A DNA stretch of 50,932 bases from Candidatus Sericytochromatia bacterium (GCA_035285125.1 JAYKHR010000110.1:1-50932); one strand, 5' to 3'. Shown: positions 28,470-38,323, counted from the first letter of the stretch. Notes: generated by a model from the letters alone, not told the origin. Numbers and translations are program-made.

Positions 28470-29225
28470 TCAGTCGAGGCAAGCGGGGGTCGCGAGGCCG
28501 CGCCTGCCATCCACGAGCGCGATGATCGCATCCACGACGTTGTCGATGGACTTGTCGTCCGAATGGATGATGACGGCGTCTTCCGCCGGCTTGAGCGGGG
28601 CGACCTCCCGCTGGCTGTCTGCGGTGTCCCGGGCCAGAATGTCCTGCTCCAGAGAGTCGAGGTCCACCTGGATGCCCTGAGCCAGGAGTTCTTGCCAGCG
28701 CCGGCGCGTCCGTTCGCGGGTCGAAGCCGTCAGGTAGACCTTGACCTCCGCGAAAGGGAAGACGGCCGTGCCGATGTCCCGACCATCCATGACCACACCG
28801 CCGTTCGCCCCCATGGCCTGCTGCTGAGCCGTCATCACGGCCCGCACCGCGGGCAGAGCCGCCACCCCCGAGACCTGGGAGCTGACCTCCGGAAGCCGGA
28901 TCTCCGCCGTGACGTCGTGACCGTCGACCAGAACGTGCTGCTTGCCCGTCAGATCGGAAGGGGGCTGCAAGGCGATGGTCGTGCCCGCTGCGAGTTCGCC
29001 GATGGCCTCTCGGTCGGAGAAGTCTAGCTGGTGGTGGAGCACCTTCCACGTGATGCCCCGGTACATCGCGCCGGTGTCGATGTAGACGTAGCCGAGCCGC
29101 GTCGCCACCTTCTGGGCCACGGTGCTCTTGCCCGCCCCAGCCGGCCCGTCGATGGCGATGGTGAGGCGCTTGAGCCGACCTGTTCCGCGTTCGACAACCA
29201 TCGTGGTCTCCAAGGTGGCCGTCAC
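28470..29225 (-). CDS. cmk: Cytidylate kinase
   Basis: IAIDGPAGAGKSTVA, DTGAMYR, MDGRDIGT.VFP and RD..DSQR.VAPL. GTG start overlaps the panC stop. Confidence 0.95.
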   Translation of the reverse strand: MTATLETTMVVERGTGRLKRLTIAIDGPAGAGKSTVAQKVATRLGYVYIDTGAMYRGITWKVLHHQLDFSDREAIGELAAGTTIALQPPSDLTGKQHVLVDGHDVTAEIRLPEVSSQVSGVAALPAVRAVMTAQQQAMGANGGVVMDGRDIGTAVFPFAEVKVYLTASTRERTRRRWQELLAQGIQVDLDSLEQDILARDTADSQREVAPLKPAEDAVIIHSDDKSIDNVVDAIIALVDGRRGLATPACLD

Positions 29226-30121
29226 GAGACGGCCTCGCGCTGCAGGGCCCCAACGAGGGGCGACGGGCCATCCAGGGCCACATTGTCGATCAGCCGGGTG
29301 CCTTCGACGACGGCAGCCACGGCCAGCACCCCGGGGGCTGAGAGGTCGTCGAGAGGCGCCAGCGTGTCCCGGTGCACGAGGGCCAGATACTGCACCTGCA
29401 GCCCGCCGGTGGCAGCCAGAACCGCGGAGGCAGCGGACGTGACGCCCTTGACGGAGGCGCCAGGCCCGCGCGCGGCCTGCCAACCTGCCTCGAGGGCCCG
29501 CGAGAGGGCACGGGCCCGGCCCCGCGCCTCCGTTGTGAGGTACACATTGCGGCTGCTCATAGCGAGCCCATCGGGCTCTCTGACCGTCGGCACGAGTTCG
29601 ATCAAGACAGGGAACATCAGGTCGGTCGCCAAAGCGCGGATCACGGCAGTCTGCTGGAAGTCCTTGAGTCCGAAATAGGCCCGGTCCGGCTGCCACAGCG
29701 CGAACAGCTTGGCCACCACGGTGGCGACGCCTGTGAAGTGGCCCTCGCGGAAGGCACCACACAGGCCACCCGTCAGGTTGGAGGGGGGCACAACCCTGGT
29801 GGCCGGGACGTCCGCACCGCCCGGGTACATCGTCGCCGTGTCGGGCGCGAAGACCCACGTGGCCCCAGCTTCGAGGCAGAGCGCCAGGTCCCCCTCGAGG
29901 TTTCGGGGGTAGGTGCCGAAGTCTTCGCGAGGGCCAAACTGCGTCGGGTTCACGAAGATCGTGACAACCACCTCGTCGCAGGCGCGCGCGGCGGCCTCGA
30001 TCAGGGCCCTGTGGCCAGCGTGGAGGTAGCCCATCGTGGGCACCAGGCCGAGGGTCCGGCCCCCACGGCGCACGGCATCCAACGCGCGCCGGACCTCTGA
30101 GGTCTCGCGAACCAGTTCCAT
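29222..30121 (-). CDS. panC: Pantoate-beta-alanine ligase
   Basis: VPTMGYLHAGH, IFVNPTQF, GHFTGV, YFGLKDFQQ, REPDGLAMSSRN and TRLIDN; GGAGG RBS. Confidence 0.97.
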   Translation of the reverse strand: MELVRETSEVRRALDAVRRGGRTLGLVPTMGYLHAGHRALIEAAARACDEVVVTIFVNPTQFGPREDFGTYPRNLEGDLALCLEAGATWVFAPDTATMYPGGADVPATRVVPPSNLTGGLCGAFREGHFTGVATVVAKLFALWQPDRAYFGLKDFQQTAVIRALATDLMFPVLIELVPTVREPDGLAMSSRNVYLTTEARGRARALSRALEAGWQAARGPGASVKGVTSAASAVLAATGGLQVQYLALVHRDTLAPLDDLSAPGVLAVAAVVEGTRLIDNVALDGPSPLVGALQREAVS

Positions 30122-30203
30122 AGGAGCCTCCCACCTCATCTTACCATGCACGCTTGCTGGGTCTCGGCCCCTTCCGGGCCCCTGCCCGACGTCAGCCGGG
30201 TTT

Positions 30204-30581
30204 GTGCAAACGGCGGGTGCCTTGGGCCAGTCACCGCGCCATGATCGCCCGGCCCCCCCCCGACCAGCGGAGCGTGACGTCGTGGCTTTGCCCCCGCGAG
30301 GCCCTCAGGGCCCCTCTTCCTCCGAGCAGCGTCACCGGGCCGACGGGCGACGTGGCGCGGGGGCTGGCTCCCCACTGCCCGGGGCTGACGCCGCCGAGGA
30401 CTGGATGCAGGGGTGGCAGGCCGATGCGCCGCTGTTCGACCGCCGCGGCCGGCTGCTCGTGGCCGCAGGCGGCTGCATCGACGCGTGGGTGGTGACGGCG
30501 GCAGCCCGAGCAGGCGTGCTGCACCTGTTGTCCGCATCGCCAACCGCAGCGGAGGCCGTCACGGGGGATGCCGCGCGCTGA
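30204..30581 (+). CDS. Possible small hypothetical protein; start uncertain
   Basis: Fills the gap between panC and the MBL gene. The 3' half looks protein-like (PLFDRRGRLLVAAGG). Confidence 0.35.
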   Translation: MQTAGALGQSPRHDRPAPPRPAERDVVALPPRGPQGPSSSEQRHRADGRRGAGAGSPLPGADAAEDWMQGWQADAPLFDRRGRLLVAAGGCIDAWVVTAAARAGVLHLLSASPTAAEAVTGDAAR

Positions 30582-30631
30582 CCAGTTATGTTATGCTGCC
30601 CGCTGCGCTCGACACGTCCGGCAGGTCCCAG

Positions 30632-31516
30632 ATGCCCCTCACCCTTCGCATGCTGCGCTCTGGAAGCAGCGGCAACGCGGCCCTGGTGGCCGGCGCAGAC
30701 GGCACCGTGGTCCTGATCGACGCGGGCATCGGCCCGCGGGTGCTGGCCGGCGAACTGGCCGCTGCAGGGCTGGCCGTGCGCGACCTGGCAGGCGCCGTCT
30801 TCACGCACGGACACAGCGACCACCTGCGCGGCGGCACGCTGGCCCTGCTGGCGCGGGAGGGGGTACCCATATACATGAACGCCGGCACCTGGCGCGTGGC
30901 AGAGAAGCGCATGAGCGCGCGCGAGGCCGCGCAGGCACGGACGACCTGGCGGCCCTTCGAGGCAGGCACGGCGTTCGAGGTCCTGGGGCTGCAGCTGGCG
31001 GCCTGCCCCGTGCCCCACGGCGAGCCCGGCCCGGACAATGCGGCGGGCGACCCCGTGTGCTTCACGCTGTCGGACGGGACGGACACCCTGGGCTACGCGA
31101 CGGACCTCGGGCACGTCCCGCCGGAGGTCGAGGGCCACCTGCGTTCCGCCCGCCTGCTGGTGCTGGAGGCCAACCACGACCCCGAGATGCTGCGGCACTC
31201 GCCACGCCCTCCTCACGTCAGGGCCTGGATCGCCAGCGACGCGGGGCACCTTCGCAACGACCAGGCAGCCGGCCTCCTCGCACGGCTGTTCGGGGGCCAG
31301 GATGGCGTTGGCGTGGTACTGGCTCACCTCAGCGAGCAATGCAACACCCATGGTCTGGCACGGGCCGCGGCACGAGAGGCGCTCGACGGGATCTGCGAGG
31401 CCGAGGTGGGGGTGGCCCAGCGGCATCACCCCACAGCGCCGTGGGAGCTCCGCAGCGGGCGGGTGACGGCCTCGAAGTCCCACCCCTGGGAGGCCCTGGT
31501 GGGCGTGGGAGGCTGA
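30632..31516 (+). CDS. MBL-fold metallo-hydrolase (YycJ/WalJ-like)
   Basis: SGSSGNA, LIDAG, THGHSDH, ATDLG, LEANHD and LAHLSEQCN. Confidence 0.9.
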   Translation: MPLTLRMLRSGSSGNAALVAGADGTVVLIDAGIGPRVLAGELAAAGLAVRDLAGAVFTHGHSDHLRGGTLALLAREGVPIYMNAGTWRVAEKRMSAREAAQARTTWRPFEAGTAFEVLGLQLAACPVPHGEPGPDNAAGDPVCFTLSDGTDTLGYATDLGHVPPEVEGHLRSARLLVLEANHDPEMLRHSPRPPHVRAWIASDAGHLRNDQAAGLLARLFGGQDGVGVVLAHLSEQCNTHGLARAAAREALDGICEAEVGVAQRHHPTAPWELRSGRVTASKSHPWEALVGVGG

Positions 31517-31517
31517 G

Positions 31518-32258
31518 ATGGGCAGGGGTTCGCACGTGGGGTCTCGAGTGGGGGGCGCGCTGGCGCTGGCCCTGGCATCTCTCAGCTGCACCGTGCACGT
31601 GAACCAACCCACGGTGACGGGCATCGAAATGAGCGAGCCGCGTCTCGCCCCACCGACGATGCCGCCGGGCGTTCGCATCGTGGATCCGGCCCTGGGTGAC
31701 GACTTCGAGGTGCCCCGCACCTCCACCACCGTGCGGCTGCCGGGTCCGGACGACCTTCCCCCGGGCGACGGGCGCGATCCCGTTGCCTCCGGGGTCATCG
31801 ACCAGGAGAGCCTCACCTCGGGGTTCGACTTCGAGGTTCGGGGCCCCGGACGGGTCGGGCAGCGTTTCAGGGCCGGGGCCTCGGGCCGGCTCACGGCGGT
31901 GGCCTTCAGGCTGCGGGCCGTGGAGGGGAGGGCGACGACAGGCCGGCTGTCGCTGCATCCGATGGCGGAGGACGGCTCTCCCGGCGACGAGGTCCTTGCG
32001 CGCACCCGAACGCTGCCGCTGCTCGCGGCCGGGCAGCCGGGGGGATGGGTGAAGGCTGAGCTCGAGCCGCCGCCGCGGGTGGGGCGCAACCTGACGTACG
32101 TCTGGGTGCTGCAGCCCACGGACGAGATGTCCGTGCGGGTCGTCGCAGGCACGGAGCGCAGCTACCCAGACGGCACGGGCTGGCTCGCGCCCAGCACCTC
32201 TGGACGCTGGAGCGGCGCCAAGGTCGACTTCGCCTTCCGAACCTGGGTGGCCCCCTGA
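31518..32258 (+). CDS. Hypothetical beta-rich lipoprotein
   Basis: Lipobox-like SLSC; C-terminal DFAFRTWV; starts 1 nt after the upstream stop. Confidence 0.65.
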   Translation: MGRGSHVGSRVGGALALALASLSCTVHVNQPTVTGIEMSEPRLAPPTMPPGVRIVDPALGDDFEVPRTSTTVRLPGPDDLPPGDGRDPVASGVIDQESLTSGFDFEVRGPGRVGQRFRAGASGRLTAVAFRLRAVEGRATTGRLSLHPMAEDGSPGDEVLARTRTLPLLAAGQPGGWVKAELEPPPRVGRNLTYVWVLQPTDEMSVRVVAGTERSYPDGTGWLAPSTSGRWSGAKVDFAFRTWVAP

Positions 32259-32268
32259 GCCTGGCGCT

Positions 32269-33189
32269 TCAGCCCCCCGCCGCGCCGAGGCGCCGCAGGG
32301 CCGCCATCAGGTCCGGCGGCCAGGGGGCGTGCAGTTGGCACCAGACGCCCGAGCGAGGGTGGCGAAAGCCCAGCTCGGCGGCGTGCAACGCTTGCCGAGG
32401 GGCCCAGGCGGCTCGGTCGGGGGCGTAGAGCGCATCGCCCAGCAAGGGATGCCCCAGCGCGGCCAGGTGCACGCGAATCTGATGGGTGCGCCCGGTTTCC
32501 AGCACGAGGCGGAGCACGCAGGCCCCGGAGGGCCTTGGCAGCGACAGCCGCTCCAGCACCTCCCAGCGCGTCACGGCGGGCTGACCGCCGGCCACCACGG
32601 CCCGGGCCGGGCTCGCGGCATCCGGGTGTCCGATTGGCAGCGCAATCGTGCCGGCCTCCGCCTCTGGCTGCCCCCAGGCCAAGGCGTGGTAGGCCCGTGT
32701 CAGGCTGCGGGCCTGCAGCTGCTCGTCGAGGCGCTGGTGAGCCAGGGGGTGCTTCGCAAGCAGCAGCAACCCCGAGGTGTCTCGGTCGAGGCGGTGCACG
32801 GGATGAAAGCCACAGCCGACCGGGTGGCGCTGCCAGTGGTGGGCCAGTCCGTTGGCCACCGTGCCGGCGTAGGTGCCGCGAGTGGGATGAACGACGAGCC
32901 CCGGCGCCTTGTTCAGCACGATCACGTCGTCGTCCTCGAGCACGACGTCCAGCGGGATCGGCTCGGGGTCCACGTGCGGCGGCCAGGCTGGCGCGAGGCT
33001 CAGCACGACCTCATCCCCCGCGGCGAGCGGATCCACCGTCCGGCGGACCTGGCCGTTGACCCGGATGCCTCCGGCGGCCTTGAGGCGGCGGAGAAGCGTG
33101 ACGGAGAGCCCCGCTTCGCGCGCCAGCCAACGCCCCACCGTCGTGACGGGATGCCCGGCGGGGACGCGGCCTCGCCAGAGTTCCGTCAA
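32269..33189 (-). CDS. RluA-family pseudouridine synthase
   Basis: NKAPGLVVHP, VHRLDRDTSG, LETGRTHQIRVH and GHPLLGDALY. TTG start overlaps the rsmA stop. Confidence 0.93.
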   Translation of the reverse strand: MTELWRGRVPAGHPVTTVGRWLAREAGLSVTLLRRLKAAGGIRVNGQVRRTVDPLAAGDEVVLSLAPAWPPHVDPEPIPLDVVLEDDDVIVLNKAPGLVVHPTRGTYAGTVANGLAHHWQRHPVGCGFHPVHRLDRDTSGLLLLAKHPLAHQRLDEQLQARSLTRAYHALAWGQPEAEAGTIALPIGHPDAASPARAVVAGGQPAVTRWEVLERLSLPRPSGACVLRLVLETGRTHQIRVHLAALGHPLLGDALYAPDRAAWAPRQALHAAELGFRHPRSGVWCQLHAPWPPDLMAALRRLGAAGG

Positions 33190-34043
33190 ACCGGGGGCGC
33201 CTCCAGCGCGTCGGCCAGGGCGGCGAACTCGGCCAGCGAGAGCGTCTCCGCCCTCCGCATCAGGTCGAGCCCCTGCGCCTGCGCCACGGCCTCGAGGCGC
33301 TCGCGCATGATGCCCGTGGCGAGCAGGGCATTGCGAAGGGTCTTGCGACGCTGCTGAAAGGCCCCCCGGATCACGCGCGAGAGCATCGCTGGCGACCGCA
33401 GCGGCACCGGCGAGGTCCGCCGGGGCTTGAGCATCACGACGGCAGAGTCGACCTCGGGACGCGGACGAAACGCGCCGGCAGGCACCCGGGTGACGAGGCT
33501 GACCTCGGCCGCATACTGCGCGATGAGAGAAAGGGAGCCGAAGTCCTTGCGCCCCGGGCTGGCGAGCAGCCGCTGCGCCACCTCCCATTGGACCATCAGG
33601 ATGATCCGCTCGGCCCGCGGAGCCACGCTCTCCAGCGGTTCCCGCGCCAGCCGGTCGGCCTGCAAGAGGTTCAGCAGGATCGGGGTGGTGATGTAGTAGG
33701 GGATGTTGGCGACCACCTTGGTCCCGGCACCATCCCCGAGCCCGAGGCTGTCCCACGGCGTCTTGAGGAAGTCCCCCCAGACGACGGAGAAATTGGGGTT
33801 GGCGATCAACACGGGGTCGAGGTAGGGGCTCAGCGACCGGTCGAGTTCGACGGCCACCACGCGCTCGGGCCCGGCATCGAGCAGTGCCGAGGTCAGGAAC
33901 CCTCTGCCAGGACCGATCTCCAGGATAGTATCCGCCCCCGTCAGCTCTGCGGCAGCGACGATCTGGTCGCGCACCCTGACGTCGTGGAGGAAGTTCTGGC
34001 CGAGCCGGTGCTTGGGACGATGGCGAAGGGGAGGGGCACTCAC
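33186..34043 (-). CDS. rsmA: 16S rRNA adenine dimethyltransferase
   Basis: LGQNFL, EIGPG.G.LT, VANIPYYITTP, F.P.PEVDS and FQQRRKTL.N. Confidence 0.95.
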   Translation of the reverse strand: MSAPPLRHRPKHRLGQNFLHDVRVRDQIVAAAELTGADTILEIGPGRGFLTSALLDAGPERVVAVELDRSLSPYLDPVLIANPNFSVVWGDFLKTPWDSLGLGDGAGTKVVANIPYYITTPILLNLLQADRLAREPLESVAPRAERIILMVQWEVAQRLLASPGRKDFGSLSLIAQYAAEVSLVTRVPAGAFRPRPEVDSAVVMLKPRRTSPVPLRSPAMLSRVIRGAFQQRRKTLRNALLATGIMRERLEAVAQAQGLDLMRRAETLSLAEFAALADALEAPPV

Positions 34044-34104
34044 GCGGGCTGCTCCGGTCGGGCTGCGGCCGCGCGCATCACCCGGCGCAGGGGAAACAGG
34101 GCCG

Positions 34105-35439
34105 TCATCGCTTGTGACGGTCCTTCTCGCGGCGTTCGCGGAACACGACGCGGATGGGGGTGCCCACGAAGCCGAAGGCCTCCCGCAGCTTGTTTTCAAG
34201 GTACCGGGTGTAGGACTGGGACGCGAGCCCAGGGTCATTCACGAACAGCACAAAGACGGGCGGCCCCACCCGGACCTGGGTCGCATAATACACCTTCATG
34301 CCGCGCCCCTTGTTGGTTGGAGGCGAATTGAGGGCGATCGCCTCAGTGATCACCTGGTTCAGAAGGCCGGTGGTGATACGGCGCTGAGACTCCTGAGCGG
34401 CCGCGTCGGCCAGCTCGAGCAGCTTGGAGACGCGCTGACCCGTGGCCGCTGAGGTAAAGAGCATCGGGGCATAGTCGATGTGGTGCAGCTTGTCGCGAAG
34501 CGACTTCTTGAACTGCTCCATCGTGTAGGTGTCCTTGGGGACGAGGTCCCACTTGTTCACCACCAGGACGCTGGGCTTGCCGGCATCATCCGCCATGCCC
34601 GCGATACGCTGGTCCTGCTCCGTGACACCGACCGTCGCGTCGATGACCATCACGACGACGTCGGCCCGCTCGATCGCCTTGAGCGAGCGGACCACGGCAA
34701 ACTGCTCCACGCCGTAGTCGACCTTCGCCCGCTTGCGGATGCCCGCGGTGTCGACCAGCAGGTAGCGCTTGTCTCCAACCTCGAGCAGGCTGTCGATGGC
34801 GTCGCGCGTGGTGCCGGCAACGTCGGAGACGATCATGCGTTCCTCGCCTAGCAGCCTGTTCGTCAGCGAGCTCTTGCCGACGTTCGGACGCCCGACGATG
34901 GCGACCTTCAGTTCATCGGCGGGCGTGGCGCCGTCAGCCGGAGGAAACGAGCTCACCACCTCGTCAAGCAGGTCCCCGACGCCGAGCCCGTGGACCGAGC
35001 TCACGCCGTAGGGGGACCCGAGCCCCAACTCGTAGAACTCCGCGGCCTCCGCCTCCATCTGAACGTTGTCGACCTTGTTGGCGACGACAAAGATGGGCTT
35101 GTTGGCCGAGCGCAAAAACTGGGCGATCTCCTCGTCCGCCGGCGTGAGGCCCTGCTTGGCATCGACCATGAGCAGGATCACGTCCGCCTCCTCGACCGCG
35201 GCCTCGGCCTGCTTGCGGATCGAGCGCAGGATCTCGTCTTCGCGCTCGCCCGGCACGATGCCGCCCGTGTCGATGACGATGAAGTCGCGACCGTTCCAGT
35301 CGGACTTCAGGTACTGGCGATCACGCGTGACGCCAGGCTCGTCGTGGACAATCGCCTCGCGCCGCCCCACAAGGCGGTTGGTAAAGGTGGACTTGCCGAC
35401 GTTCGGACGACCGACGACGGCGAGGGTGGGCAGCGGCAT
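34105..35439 (-). CDS. der: Ribosome biogenesis GTPase Der (EngA)
   Basis: Two G domains (GRPNVGKS twice, DTGG/DTAG, NKVD/NKWD) and C-terminal RYLEN.LRE.FGF.GTPI. Confidence 0.98.
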   Translation of the reverse strand: MPLPTLAVVGRPNVGKSTFTNRLVGRREAIVHDEPGVTRDRQYLKSDWNGRDFIVIDTGGIVPGEREDEILRSIRKQAEAAVEEADVILLMVDAKQGLTPADEEIAQFLRSANKPIFVVANKVDNVQMEAEAAEFYELGLGSPYGVSSVHGLGVGDLLDEVVSSFPPADGATPADELKVAIVGRPNVGKSSLTNRLLGEERMIVSDVAGTTRDAIDSLLEVGDKRYLLVDTAGIRKRAKVDYGVEQFAVVRSLKAIERADVVVMVIDATVGVTEQDQRIAGMADDAGKPSVLVVNKWDLVPKDTYTMEQFKKSLRDKLHHIDYAPMLFTSAATGQRVSKLLELADAAAQESQRRITTGLLNQVITEAIALNSPPTNKGRGMKVYYATQVRVGPPVFVLFVNDPGLASQSYTRYLENKLREAFGFVGTPIRVVFRERREKDRHKR

Positions 35440-35522
35440 GGCAGGGGCTCCGGCACGAGGTAGCCCTCCAATCTACCACACCGGGCGACGCGGCACGGGA
35501 GGAGGCGAGCCCCGCCGCCCGT

Positions 35523-35556
35523 TGTAAAGATTTTTATATAACCCAAAAAATTTACA
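35523..35556. promoter_or_regulatory. AT-rich imperfect inverted repeat TGTAAA-N22-TTTACA in the der/glycoside hydrolase divergent region
   Basis: TGTAAAGATTTTT...AAAAAATTTACA within GC-rich DNA. Confidence 0.4.
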
Positions 35557-35641
35557 TAACGCGGGGTAAGGTGGGGCCGGTCCCCCCGACAGCGGCACCA
35601 GCCGCCGCGTAGGGGGCCGACGTCGAAAGGAGCTGCCCCCC

Positions 35642-37687
35642 ATGTCGCGATACGCACCGCCCCCCCTGAGCCCCCGTCACGCCCTGGCCGCCACCGTGCT
35701 CGCCCTCGCGGGCTGCCACGTCGCCGCCCCCGTCACCCAGGGCCTGGAGGGCCCCAGGCCACCAACCGGCTACACCCTGCAGGCCGTGACGCTGAGCTTC
35801 TCCAGCGTGACCGCCTCGGTCAACCCGGCGAACGCCGCCGCCGCCGTCGACGGTGATCTGGCCAGCTGCTGGAGCAGCAGCCCTGTCTACAACCCGACCT
35901 TCACCGCGCGCCTTGCGGCCCCGGCCACGGTCGAAAGTCTCGCCATCAAGGCCAACCCCGTCGGGTCCTACGCCATCCAGGTGAGCACGGACGGCAAGTC
36001 GTGGCGCACCGTGGCGACCGCCCGCAACACCACCTGGAAACTGGAGACCAAGAGGCTACCGGCCGGCACGCGGGCAAGCCACATGCGGCTGGCCTTCAGC
36101 AATGGTGGCAAGAGCGTCTTGCTCTTTGAGTTGCGCCCCACCGGCACCCCGCTCGCGAGCCCCACCCCGGCCCCGACCGCCACCCCGACCATGGCGCCGA
36201 CCGCCACCCCGACCAGGGCACCGACCACCCCCCCAACCATGGCGCCCACCACCACGCCAACCATGGCGCCCACCACCACGCCCCCTCCGACGGGCACCGC
36301 GGCCATCGTCGTGTCGCCAGACCAACGCCTGCACGCCGCCAACTCGTGGCTGCTGAGCACGAACCGCAACCACGCGGCGAACGACTTCGCCAACGGCGCA
36401 GCCAAGCTGGCGAAGATGCGCGCCCTCACGCCCCGCTGGGGCGCACGCAAGTACCTCTACCGCATCGGCCACGGCCCCACGGACGGGCGGAACGACTACA
36501 GCTACATGACGGGCTTCCACTTCGAGCAGGCCTGGAACAAGACCGCGTACCCCTACGACGACGTGCGCTATGGCCTCGCCGACGCGGAGGCCCTCGGCGC
36601 GGACCAGATGCACGTGGTCAACTTCGGCACGGGCACGCCCGAGGAGGCCGGCCGGTATGTGAGCTACCTCAACCGGGCAGGCGACGCCAACCGCGCCAAG
36701 TACCCGGTGGCGCAGCAGAACGTTCGGACCTTCGAGATCGGCAACGAGATCCCGTGGTCCATGGTTCGGGGCCACGACCAGTACGCCCCCAACGAGACGG
36801 CCTACGCCCAGCGGGCGAAGCTCTTCGCGCAGCAGATGCGCGCCTCCTCCGACGTGCCCATCCAGATCGGGGCCGTCGCCTCGATCAACTCGAACTGGCT
36901 GGGCAACGGCTGGTCGGGTGGCGCCACGACCGTCAAGAACATCCTCCAGATCATGGGCAACCAGGTGGACTTCCTCATCTTCCACGGCTACCCCTCCTGG
37001 CCCCTCTACAAGAGCGGAGACCTGCTGACGCTGATGGCCCAGAACGAGTGGAACCGGGCGAAGCTGGTCGACGAGATCATGCCTGCCATCAAGCAGTATG
37101 CGGGTGGCCGCGACGTGGGAGTCGCCAACACCGAGTTCTTCAGCCACCTCTACAGCGACCCGATGCGCTCCCGGGGCATGCTGGGCGCCATCTACGCGGC
37201 TGACAGCGTCAACCTCGCTTTCAACCTGAACCTCAAGGCAGCCGTGGAGTTCTGCTTCGACCACAAGGAACTGGCGGACGCCGCCTTCTTCTTCAACAAC
37301 GACCCCAACCAGACCACGGCGATCTTCAAGTTCCAGCAATTGCTCGCGGAGCACTGGGGCGACGAGATCGTAGGCAGCAGCGGGCGCGGCATCCCTGCCG
37401 TGGCCGTCGCAGGAGCCAGCACCAGCCTGCAGTTGCCCCGGCTGGCCTTCAGCGCCGCCCGGTCGGGCGACAGGCTCTGGGTGATGGTCGTCAACCGCAC
37501 CAACGAGGGCCCCGTGATGGCGGACGTCGCGGTGGGGTTCACACCGAGCCGGGTGACGGCCTACACGCTGGCGGACACGGCCGGCTGGGACGCTGCCAAC
37601 GGCACGGTGCAGACGCGGACGCTGGGCGGCCTGCAGGGCGTCTCCTTCCCCCGCGCGAGCGTGACGATCCTCGAACTCGACCGCTGA
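35642..37687 (+). CDS. Lipoprotein glycoside hydrolase: discoidin (F5/8C) domain, Pro/Thr linker and GH51-like catalytic domain
   Basis: Lipobox LAGC; AVDGD..SCW and IQVSTDGKSW; NFGTGTPEEA, FEIGNE (acid/base) and NTEF (nucleophile); RBS AAGGAG. Confidence 0.78.
   Translation: MSRYAPPPLSPRHALAATVLALAGCHVAAPVTQGLEGPRPPTGYTLQAVTLSFSSVTASVNPANAAAAVDGDLASCWSSSPVYNPTFTARLAAPATVESLAIKANPVGSYAIQVSTDGKSWRTVATARNTTWKLETKRLPAGTRASHMRLAFSNGGKSVLLFELRPTGTPLASPTPAPTATPTMAPTATPTRAPTTPPTMAPTTTPTMAPTTTPPPTGTAAIVVSPDQRLHAANSWLLSTNRNHAANDFANGAAKLAKMRALTPRWGARKYLYRIGHGPTDGRNDYSYMTGFHFEQAWNKTAYPYDDVRYGLADAEALGADQMHVVNFGTGTPEEAGRYVSYLNRAGDANRAKYPVAQQNVRTFEIGNEIPWSMVRGHDQYAPNETAYAQRAKLFAQQMRASSDVPIQIGAVASINSNWLGNGWSGGATTVKNILQIMGNQVDFLIFHGYPSWPLYKSGDLLTLMAQNEWNRAKLVDEIMPAIKQYAGGRDVGVANTEFFSHLYSDPMRSRGMLGAIYAADSVNLAFNLNLKAAVEFCFDHKELADAAFFFNNDPNQTTAIFKFQQLLAEHWGDEIVGSSGRGIPAVAVAGASTSLQLPRLAFSAARSGDRLWVMVVNRTNEGPVMADVAVGFTPSRVTAYTLADTAGWDAANGTVQTRTLGGLQGVSFPRASVTILELDR
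36181..36276 (+). repeat. Four 24-bp tandem repeats encoding a TPTMAPT(A/T)-type linker
   Basis: Units start at 36181, 36205, 36229 and 36253. Confidence 0.9.
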
Positions 37688-37721
37688 ACAGGTGGCCGGC
37701 CACCCCGGCCACCCAAACGGA

Positions 37722-37748
37722 AACGGCCTCCCCGATGGGGAGGCCGTT
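37722..37748. terminator. Hairpin between the convergent GH and HU genes
   Basis: AACGGCCTCCCC-GAT-GGGGAGGCCGTT, with a T-containing tail on the minus strand. Confidence 0.75.
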
Positions 37749-37763
37749 CAGGGTCAGGGACGC

Positions 37764-38069
37764 TTACTTCTTGCCAGCAGCAGCCTTCTTCTTGGCGCCA
37801 GCAACGGTCTCCTTGAGGCCCTTGCCAGCGGTAAAGGCGGGGGCCTTCTTGGCGGAGATCTTCAGCACAGCGCCGGTGCGGGGGTTGCGGCCCTCGCGGG
37901 CGGCCCGCTCGCGAACCTGGAAGGTGCCGAAGCCGACGAGCGTGACCTTGTCACCCTTCGAGAGCGCCGCGGTGATGGCGTCGATGGTGGCGTTGATGGT
38001 CAGCTCCGTGTCCTTCTTCGACAGCTTGGTTTTGGCTGCGACGGCGTTGACGAGCTCTTCCTTGTTCAA
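37764..38069 (-). CDS. hup: DNA-binding protein HU
   Basis: NKEELV..VA, VTLVGFGTF, GRNPRTG and PAFTAGKGLKE; TTG start with GAAGGAG RBS. Confidence 0.97.
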   Translation of the reverse strand: MNKEELVNAVAAKTKLSKKDTELTINATIDAITAALSKGDKVTLVGFGTFQVRERAAREGRNPRTGAVLKISAKKAPAFTAGKGLKETVAGAKKKAAAGKK

Positions 38070-38157
38070 GTTCCTTACTCCTTCAGCTCGGGCAGCAGGC
38101 AAGCAGGCTGTCTGGCAGACGCCGCGCGGCTCACGGCCCTCATCCCTAACGCAAATC

Positions 38158-38186
38158 AAGTTAGCATGGGGTTCGCGGGGATGCAA
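38158..38186 (-). promoter_or_regulatory. Sigma70-type promoter of HU
   Basis: TTGCAT-17-TAACTT with an extended TG. Confidence 0.55.
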
Positions 38187-38264
38187 TACCTTTTCTTGTC
38201 AAACGCGCGGGATTTAAAGGGCCGTTCGACGGGGCGGATGCGGCCACCCGGGCGCCTTCCAGTG

Positions 38265-38296
38265 AAATCCCCCCGCCCAGACGAGCGAGGGGATTT
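38265..38296 (-). terminator. Hairpin downstream of nrdJ
   Basis: AAATCCCC-C-CGC...GCG-A-GGGGATTT; the C/A position is a G-U pair in the minus-strand RNA. Confidence 0.55.
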
Positions 38297-38323
38297 GCAT
38301 CATGGTGAGTCAGAGAGCGGGTT

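Noticed and set aside
28470..30134. 554-aa ORF suggesting a PanC-Cmk fusion
   Set aside because: The N-terminal part is out of frame with panC; only the cmk part is real.
34335..34342. HIP1 (GCGATCGC) as a cyanobacterial signature
   Set aside because: Only a few copies were noticed in 51 kb, compatible with chance at this GC content; not formally counted.
36181..36276. 24-bp repeats as a possible CRISPR array
   Set aside because: There are no spacers; this is an in-frame Pro/Thr linker.
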